From positions 896,001 to 960,000 of the forward strand of contig JBBCGK010000001.1 in assembly GCA_037200965.1 (NCBI GenBank): DNA of 64,000 nucleotides, given 5' to 3'. Source of the DNA: a bacterium. GTDB lineage: Bacteria; Patescibacteriota; Minisyncoccia; Phycocordibacterales; Phycocordibacteraceae. Shown here one piece after another: positions 59,150-64,000 of the stretch. The translations under genes and the position numbers were made by a program. Under the pieces are notes generated by a model. It was not told where the DNA came from. It saw nothing but the letters and a program-made list of their open reading frames with translations, and did no database searches. How positions within the stretch are numbered: the first letter of the stretch is position 1; every line of letters starts with the position of its first letter.

Positions 59150-60799
59150 TTAGGCACCGATCATGTCCCGCTCGATGTCTTCGAACGTACCACCGGTCTT
59201 CTTCCCCGGATTGAATATGCCGAGCGGGTCGAAAATCTTCTTCGTCTCCTTAAACAGCGAGATCATCTTCTCACCGAAGAGCATCGGGAGATAGGGAGTG
59301 CGGATAATTCCGTCATTGTGTTCGCCGGTCGTCGTTCCGCCGTATTTGATGACGAGCGCGTACACTTTCGGCGCAAGCTCAAGCACGGTTTTCCTGCTCT
59401 CGGGCTTAGCAAGGTCCATGAGCGGGATGATATGGAAATTGCCGTTTCCGATATGCCCGGCGATGGTATAGATGAAATTGTCCTTGTATTCCTCAAGGAG
59501 TGCATTGAGTTCCGGAAGGAACTGCGGGTATGAGTCCGGCGGTACGACGAAATCATCGATGAACGGAGAGGCGTAGAGGCCGTGGAGATTCTTCCGGAGA
59601 AGCGAAAAGCTTTCGCGCCTGACGATCCAGTACTTCTCCGATTCCTGCTCGTTCTTCTCGACTTTGGTTTGTACGGAAAGGCCCGAAAGGGCGTCCCGCG
59701 CGGCCTCGGCCTTCCGGTCGGCCTCCTCGATCGTATCCTCGGCGAATTCGGCCATGAGGATGAGCTTGGGGACGCCGCCCGTAAGGACCATTTCGGCTTC
59801 CGGAAGAAAAGAGATGCCGAGCCGGGCCGCCTTCGCGAAACCCATCTGCGAAAGCATTTCCGGCAGGAACTTCACGGCAAGCTTGAACGTCTGGTCATCA
59901 TAGGATTCGAACGATTCGGGATCGAGCGGCAGTATCCTGTGGACGATGTTCGGAAGGATAGCGAGATCGGAAAGGAAGATGACGAGCATGGCGCGGTGCG
60001 CCTTGGGGACGACGAGGCGGAGCTTCGCGCGCGTCATGAGCGCGAGGGTTCCCTGCGCGCCGCAGATGAGCTTCGCGAGATTGAAGGCGCCGTCCGCGCT
60101 GCGGACGCTCCACAGGGCATAGCCCGCCGAATTCTTCGATACCTTAGGCCTGTGCGCCTCAATCTCCGCGGCGTTCTCCCTCAGGAGGCTGTCCATGTTG
60201 CGGTATATTTCCCCTTCGAGATTCCGAAGAGCTTTCTTTTGTTCGAGTTCGCCGGGGGAGAGGGTCTTGAAGGTTGCAGGAGAGCCATCCGAGAGGATGA
60301 CGTCGATCTCCTCGATATAGTCCTCGGTCTTCCCGTATTTGAGTGTGCGTTCCCCGCCCGCGTTGTTATTTACGATCCCGCCCATGGCCGCGATTTCGCG
60401 GGACGCGGGATATGCGGGCATGACCTGGTCGCCCCCGGCGAGGGTTTCCTTCTCGAAGTCTCGATAATAGGCGCCGGGCTCCGTGACGGCATAGCCGTCG
60501 CCGACCTCAAGCACATGGTTCATATATTTCGTGAATACCGCGACGATCGAGGTTGTGAGCGGGCCGCCGGACATGTCGGTTCCGGCGGAGCGCGCGGTTA
60601 TGGAAACATCCTGTCCGTCCTTTTTCGCTTCCGCGACTGCCTTCACGAGATTCGAAACGTCTTCCGCGTCCTTCGGATACACCACGAGCGAAGGGGTGCG
60701 CGAAAAGATGCTCGTGTCGCGGCTGTACTTTTCTCGCTCGTCCGCCGACTCCGTTACATCTCCCTTCAAGACCCTTTTTAATTCGTTTTGCAATTCCAT
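59150..60799 (-). CDS. FAD-linked oxidase (GlcD/D-lactate dehydrogenase-like, PCMH-type FAD-binding domain)
   Basis: FAD-binding region …PSLVVYPKDAEDVSNLVK…ITARSAGTDMSGGPL… Start at M100 of ORF 59150..61096, in a TATACT-N6-ATG arrangement. Confidence 0.75.
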   Translation of the reverse strand: MELQNELKRVLKGDVTESADEREKYSRDTSIFSRTPSLVVYPKDAEDVSNLVKAVAEAKKDGQDVSITARSAGTDMSGGPLTTSIVAVFTKYMNHVLEVGDGYAVTEPGAYYRDFEKETLAGGDQVMPAYPASREIAAMGGIVNNNAGGERTLKYGKTEDYIEEIDVILSDGSPATFKTLSPGELEQKKALRNLEGEIYRNMDSLLRENAAEIEAHRPKVSKNSAGYALWSVRSADGAFNLAKLICGAQGTLALMTRAKLRLVVPKAHRAMLVIFLSDLAILPNIVHRILPLDPESFESYDDQTFKLAVKFLPEMLSQMGFAKAARLGISFLPEAEMVLTGGVPKLILMAEFAEDTIEEADRKAEAARDALSGLSVQTKVEKNEQESEKYWIVRRESFSLLRKNLHGLYASPFIDDFVVPPDSYPQFLPELNALLEEYKDNFIYTIAGHIGNGNFHIIPLMDLAKPESRKTVLELAPKVYALVIKYGGTTTGEHNDGIIRTPYLPMLFGEKMISLFKETKKIFDPLGIFNPGKKTGGTFEDIERDMIGA

Positions 60800-60848
60800 A
60801 GGACCAGTATACGGCCTCGAAGGGTCGGTATGATATAGTGTACGGCCT

Positions 60849-61175
60849 ATGGCATTCAAGAACACGTTGCGGAGGGGGAGCATACGAAACGTCATTTTCC
60901 GGGAAGGCAAATCGTGGTATGGCGCGGCGCTCGAACTCAATATCGTCGAATCCGGCGAAACCCCCCAGGAGGCGCTGTTCCTTCTCGATGATGCGGTCAA
61001 GGGATATATCGAGGCTGCCCGGAAAGCAAAGCTCTCGATCGGCGTGCTCAACCAGGAGATAAATCCGGAGTATGAAAGGCTTTGGAATATCGGCAACTCG
61101 AAATCCGACCGTCCGAAGGCGGGGAAGCGCGAAATCTACAGCGTTGCGTCCCAGCAGATAGCGGCGCTCGCATAA
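60849..61175 (+). CDS. hicB: HicB-like antitoxin (second copy)
   Basis: …IRNVIFREGKSWYGAALELNIVESGETPQEALFLLDDAVKGYIE… HicB/UPF0150-like. Confidence 0.5.
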   Translation: MAFKNTLRRGSIRNVIFREGKSWYGAALELNIVESGETPQEALFLLDDAVKGYIEAARKAKLSIGVLNQEINPEYERLWNIGNSKSDRPKAGKREIYSVASQQIAALA

Positions 61176-61183
61176 CCTCTCTC

Positions 61184-61420
61184 ATGCCGCGCGGCCTCAA
61201 TAACTGGACTGCGGGCGCGGTTATCCGCTTCCTTAAAACGCGCGGGTTCGCGCAAAGCCATGCGCGCGGCAGCCACTTTTATTACAAGAGCAAGCAGGGA
61301 GGCAGGGACCGTCTCGTGTGCGTACCGGTTCATGGCAAAAACGGTTTGATCGCCATCGGTACGATGAAAGGCATCGTCAAGCAGTCCGGTATTTCCGAAA
61401 CCGAGTGGCGCCAAGAGTAA
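61184..61420 (+). CDS. hicA: HicA-like toxin (second copy)
   Basis: …AVIRFLKTRGFAQSHARGSHFYYKSKQGGRDRLVCVPVHGKNGLIAIGTMKGIVKQSGI… Start at M35 of ORF 61082..61420. Confidence 0.55.
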   Translation: MPRGLNNWTAGAVIRFLKTRGFAQSHARGSHFYYKSKQGGRDRLVCVPVHGKNGLIAIGTMKGIVKQSGISETEWRQE

Positions 61421-61562
61421 ATCGCTGTATGAGTAAACACAAAGGCCCGGAGTATCTCTCCGGGCCTTTGTGTATGGCGTTGAGCAGGCCCTAAATCTTT
61501 CTAGGGAAAATGAGAAGATGCCAAGACTAATGCCGAGCAAGAACATAGCTCTTGCTCGGCAT

Positions 61563-62129
61563 TCAGGTGATGAGTTGCCCCCGTGCGGTGAGGATGGCAT
61601 TGTCGGCGACCTCCGCCATGGTCTCGTAGAACGGAAATGATCTGCCGACCGCCTTGCTCAACTCGAACAGGATGACATCGAGCCCGTAGAAACGACGGTC
61701 GCCGCCGACTACGATGCGAGTATCCATTACCTCGGCAAAAGCGGTGAACTTACCGATCTCGCGGCGAGTGTCCATCGCGTATGGTTCCGGCCCTGGATGC
61801 GGAGCGTCAGCACTTTCAAGACCAAGCCAGAATAGTACACAGCCTGGCACGTTCGGCTCGAGTCCTGCCTGCTTGAGATAATGACGTTCCCAGACCAGCT
61901 GCCGATTATCGGCTTGCGAGAACGGCTGGTGGAAATGGTGCGCGAGCCGATGCGTGTTGTCCCATCGTGATGGACAGGCGACAAGTGCAGACGGTTCGCG
62001 GTCGAGGATATGTTCTGCCATATACGACTGCCAGTCACCGCCACCGCGAATCGGTCCCGCCAGGAAAAGAAGGGGCGATTCGAATGTTGGCGTGAGGGGT
62101 ATGATTTGTTTGGGTACATAGATAGGCAT
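61563..62129 (-). CDS. nucleoside 2-deoxyribosyltransferase/DNPH1 (Rcl)-like protein
   Basis: …LLFLAGPIRGGGDWQ… resembles the DNPH1 YFCGSIRGG motif. A later E-rich segment resembles the catalytic Glu region. gggaggg Shine-Dalgarno sequence 5 nt upstream of ATG 62129. Confidence 0.45.
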   Translation of the reverse strand: MPIYVPKQIIPLTPTFESPLLFLAGPIRGGGDWQSYMAEHILDREPSALVACPSRWDNTHRLAHHFHQPFSQADNRQLVWERHYLKQAGLEPNVPGCVLFWLGLESADAPHPGPEPYAMDTRREIGKFTAFAEVMDTRIVVGGDRRFYGLDVILFELSKAVGRSFPFYETMAEVADNAILTARGQLIT

Positions 62130-62321
62130 TTGGCCCTCCCTGCTGGTGTTTTGTCTGGCTTGAGAATACAACCTTAGTCCTTCTATGTACAGGTTTTACT
62201 ATTTTCTTGCATAATTTTCCCAGACGGCCGCACGAGCCACCCGGAGAAATCGAAATAGTCCACATCGGATACTCAGCTATTGACTAGCGGGTTCCATCTC
62301 TTTTAGTAAAAGAAATTCGAA

Positions 62322-63164
62322 TCAAAAGACGATAAGAAGAAGGGAAAGGAGCCCCGCCGCAAAGCAATAGACGGCGAACGGCGTAAGCGTCTTCGTCTTG
62401 AAGTAATGGGTGAGGTAGCGAACAGAAAGATACGCGGCGACCGCCGCGGCGACCGCTCCGAGAAGCGTCGCGCCGAGCACCTGCGTACTTGCATGAAACA
62501 ATACCGGAAGCTTGAGAATCGCCGCCCCGAAAATGACGGGAGTGGCGAGAAGGAACGAATAGCGCGCGGCCTCCTCATGCGGAAGTCCGGCAAGAAGACC
62601 GCCGCCGATCGTCGCTCCGGTGCGCGAGAGGCCGGGAATGAGCGCTCCTGCCTGCGCGAGTCCGATCCATCCGGCCCGGTCAAACGTGAGTTTGGCGATC
62701 CGCTCGTCGCCCCGCTCGGACGCATCGCGGCGCTTTCGGACAAGCTCGGTCCCGAAGAGCAGGACGCCGTTCAGCATGAGGAATATGGCGGCTACGATCG
62801 GGGTCGCGAAAAGTATCTCGATTTTCTCCTCGAACAGAATGCCGAGTATTCCGGCGGGGATGGTGGACACGAAGATGAGCCAGGCGAGCTTCGCATGCGT
62901 ATCCCCCTTGATCGTATGAGTACCAAGCGAACGGAAGAATCCCCGGACGATGCCGATCCAGTCTTTCATATAGAAGCCAAGAAGGACGAGCGCGGTCGCA
63001 AGATGCGTCGCGACGATGAAGGGGAGGAAAAATTCGCTTCCCTGGTCGATATTCCATCCGAGCACGGAAGGGAGTATCACCGTGTGCCCGAGGCTCGAGA
63101 TCGGGAAGAGTTCGGTGACTCCCTGGAGAAGCCCGAGCACGACCGCCTGGAAATAGGTGAGCAT
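62322..63164 (-). CDS. uppP: undecaprenyl-diphosphate phosphatase
   Basis: BacA motifs (…GLLQGVTELFPISSLGHTVI…, …GLSRTGATI…). Confidence 0.92.
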   Translation of the reverse strand: MLTYFQAVVLGLLQGVTELFPISSLGHTVILPSVLGWNIDQGSEFFLPFIVATHLATALVLLGFYMKDWIGIVRGFFRSLGTHTIKGDTHAKLAWLIFVSTIPAGILGILFEEKIEILFATPIVAAIFLMLNGVLLFGTELVRKRRDASERGDERIAKLTFDRAGWIGLAQAGALIPGLSRTGATIGGGLLAGLPHEEAARYSFLLATPVIFGAAILKLPVLFHASTQVLGATLLGAVAAAVAAYLSVRYLTHYFKTKTLTPFAVYCFAAGLLSLLLIVF

Positions 63165-63211
63165 AGGAACGTAGTATACGAGAGGCGGGGCGTATCTGCT
63201 ATGCTACTCCC

Positions 63212-64000
63212 ATGGACCGCCTCTTTCTCGTCCTCCTCGGGTTCGTGCCCGCGACCGCCGTCGCCTATTTCCTTCATGCGTCGCCCGTCCTCGTCTTTAT
63301 CCTCTCCGCGATCGCCATCATCCCTTTGGCCAAGTACATCGGAACGGCGACCGAGGAGCTTGCTTCGCAGAGCGGCTCGGCGGTCGGGGGACTCCTTAAC
63401 GCGACCTTCGGAAACGCGACCGAACTCCTGATCGGCATATTCGCGCTTCGCGCCGGACTTCTCGAAGTCGTGAAAGCTTCGATTACGGGCTCGATTCTCG
63501 GCAACCTCCTTTTGGTGCTCGGACTCGCGATGTTCGCCGGAGGCCTCGGCCGCGCGAAGCAGACGTTCAATATCACCGCAGCGAAAGCGAGCGCCTCGAC
63601 GCTCCTTCTCGCCGCCATCGCCCTTGTCGTGCCGGCTCTCTTCGTTCTCACCGCCCCTGCCGCAGGGTTCCCGATCGTCGAGGAACTCTCGCTCACCATC
63701 GCGCTTCTTATGATTATTTCATACGGGGCGAGCCTCTGGTTTTCGCTCCGGACCCACAAGCATCTCTATACGGAAGACGAGGCGCTCCATACGCCCAAAT
63801 GGAGCAGGAAGAAAAGCATCCTCATACTCCTCGGCGCGACCGTTCTCGTCGCGTGGATGAGCGAGATCCTCGTGGGTTCGATCGAGCCGCTCATACGCGT
63901 GTTCGGGTGGACCGAACTCTTCATCGGCGTCATCATCATCGCGATCGTGGGAAATGCCGCCGAGCATGCTTCCGCCGTCACGGTCGCCATGAAGAACCGC
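63212..64000 (+). CDS. Ca2+/H+ antiporter (CaCA/ChaA family), 3' partial
   Basis: Alpha-repeat motifs GNATELLIGIFALRAG and GNAAEHASAV. ORF runs off the window end, so it is absent from the track. Confidence 0.8.
   Translation, partial: MDRLFLVLLGFVPATAVAYFLHASPVLVFILSAIAIIPLAKYIGTATEELASQSGSAVGGLLNATFGNATELLIGIFALRAGLLEVVKASITGSILGNLLLVLGLAMFAGGLGRAKQTFNITAAKASASTLLLAAIALVVPALFVLTAPAAGFPIVEELSLTIALLMIISYGASLWFSLRTHKHLYTEDEALHTPKWSRKKSILILLGATVLVAWMSEILVGSIEPLIRVFGWTELFIGVIIIAIVGNAAEHASAVTVAMKNR

Noticed and set aside
1-64000. tRNA, rRNA and CRISPR scan
   Set aside because: No GTTCGAATC/GTTCAAATC-type T-arm in any intergenic region, no rRNA-like conserved blocks, and no array of short direct repeats with unique spacers. 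The only tandem repeats are coding (8493-9854).

Overview
This 64 kb window is a high-GC, gene-dense bacterial chromosomal segment. Core informational genes are on both strands: pheT (5' partial), gyrB, thrS, dnaE, rnhB, rpmF, a nusB-NUDIX fusion, rnc, smc, rnr, rpsP-KH-trmD, rpoB-rpoC, dnaG, rpoD, hisS, prmC, dnaA, uppP and a partial Ca2+/H+ antiporter. Short rpoB and rpoC, ribosomal proteins with tail extensions, dnaA without dnaN, many leaderless starts and an intein suggest a reduced-genome lineage, possibly Patescibacteria/CPR-like; this is inference only. Small accessory islands interrupt the core: (i) a cell-surface cluster between gyrB and thrS with a CARDB protein, a sortase, a Cys-rich membrane protein and an 827-aa tandem-repeat surface protein; (ii) an IS481-like IS, a secreted protein and hicBA after smc; (iii) a RelE/ParE-type TA pair between rpoC and dnaG; (iv) an IS30-family IS with a hypothetical protein, an FAD-linked oxidase, a second hicBA and a DNPH1/nucleoside-deoxyribosyltransferase-like gene; (v) a solo MazF-like toxin, a DsbA-like protein and a MacAB-like ABC efflux operon. 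No rRNA, tRNA or CRISPR array was found. The most unusual feature is a class-1 intein in the SMC Walker-A P-loop whose central domain is a NYN/LabA-like (PIN-fold) nuclease, not a LAGLIDADG or HNH homing endonuclease. Other notable points: a NusB-NUDIX fusion with a degenerate Nudix box; a repeat surface protein with an LPXTG-like IPYTG-TM-RRR signal followed by about 240 further residues, encoded next to a sortase; a recurring TATACT-N6-ATG leaderless arrangement; a convergent pair of divergent beta-carbonic-anhydrase-like paralogs; and a GcrA-like gene directly after dnaA. The many long antisense ORFs in the six-frame track are high-GC artefacts.
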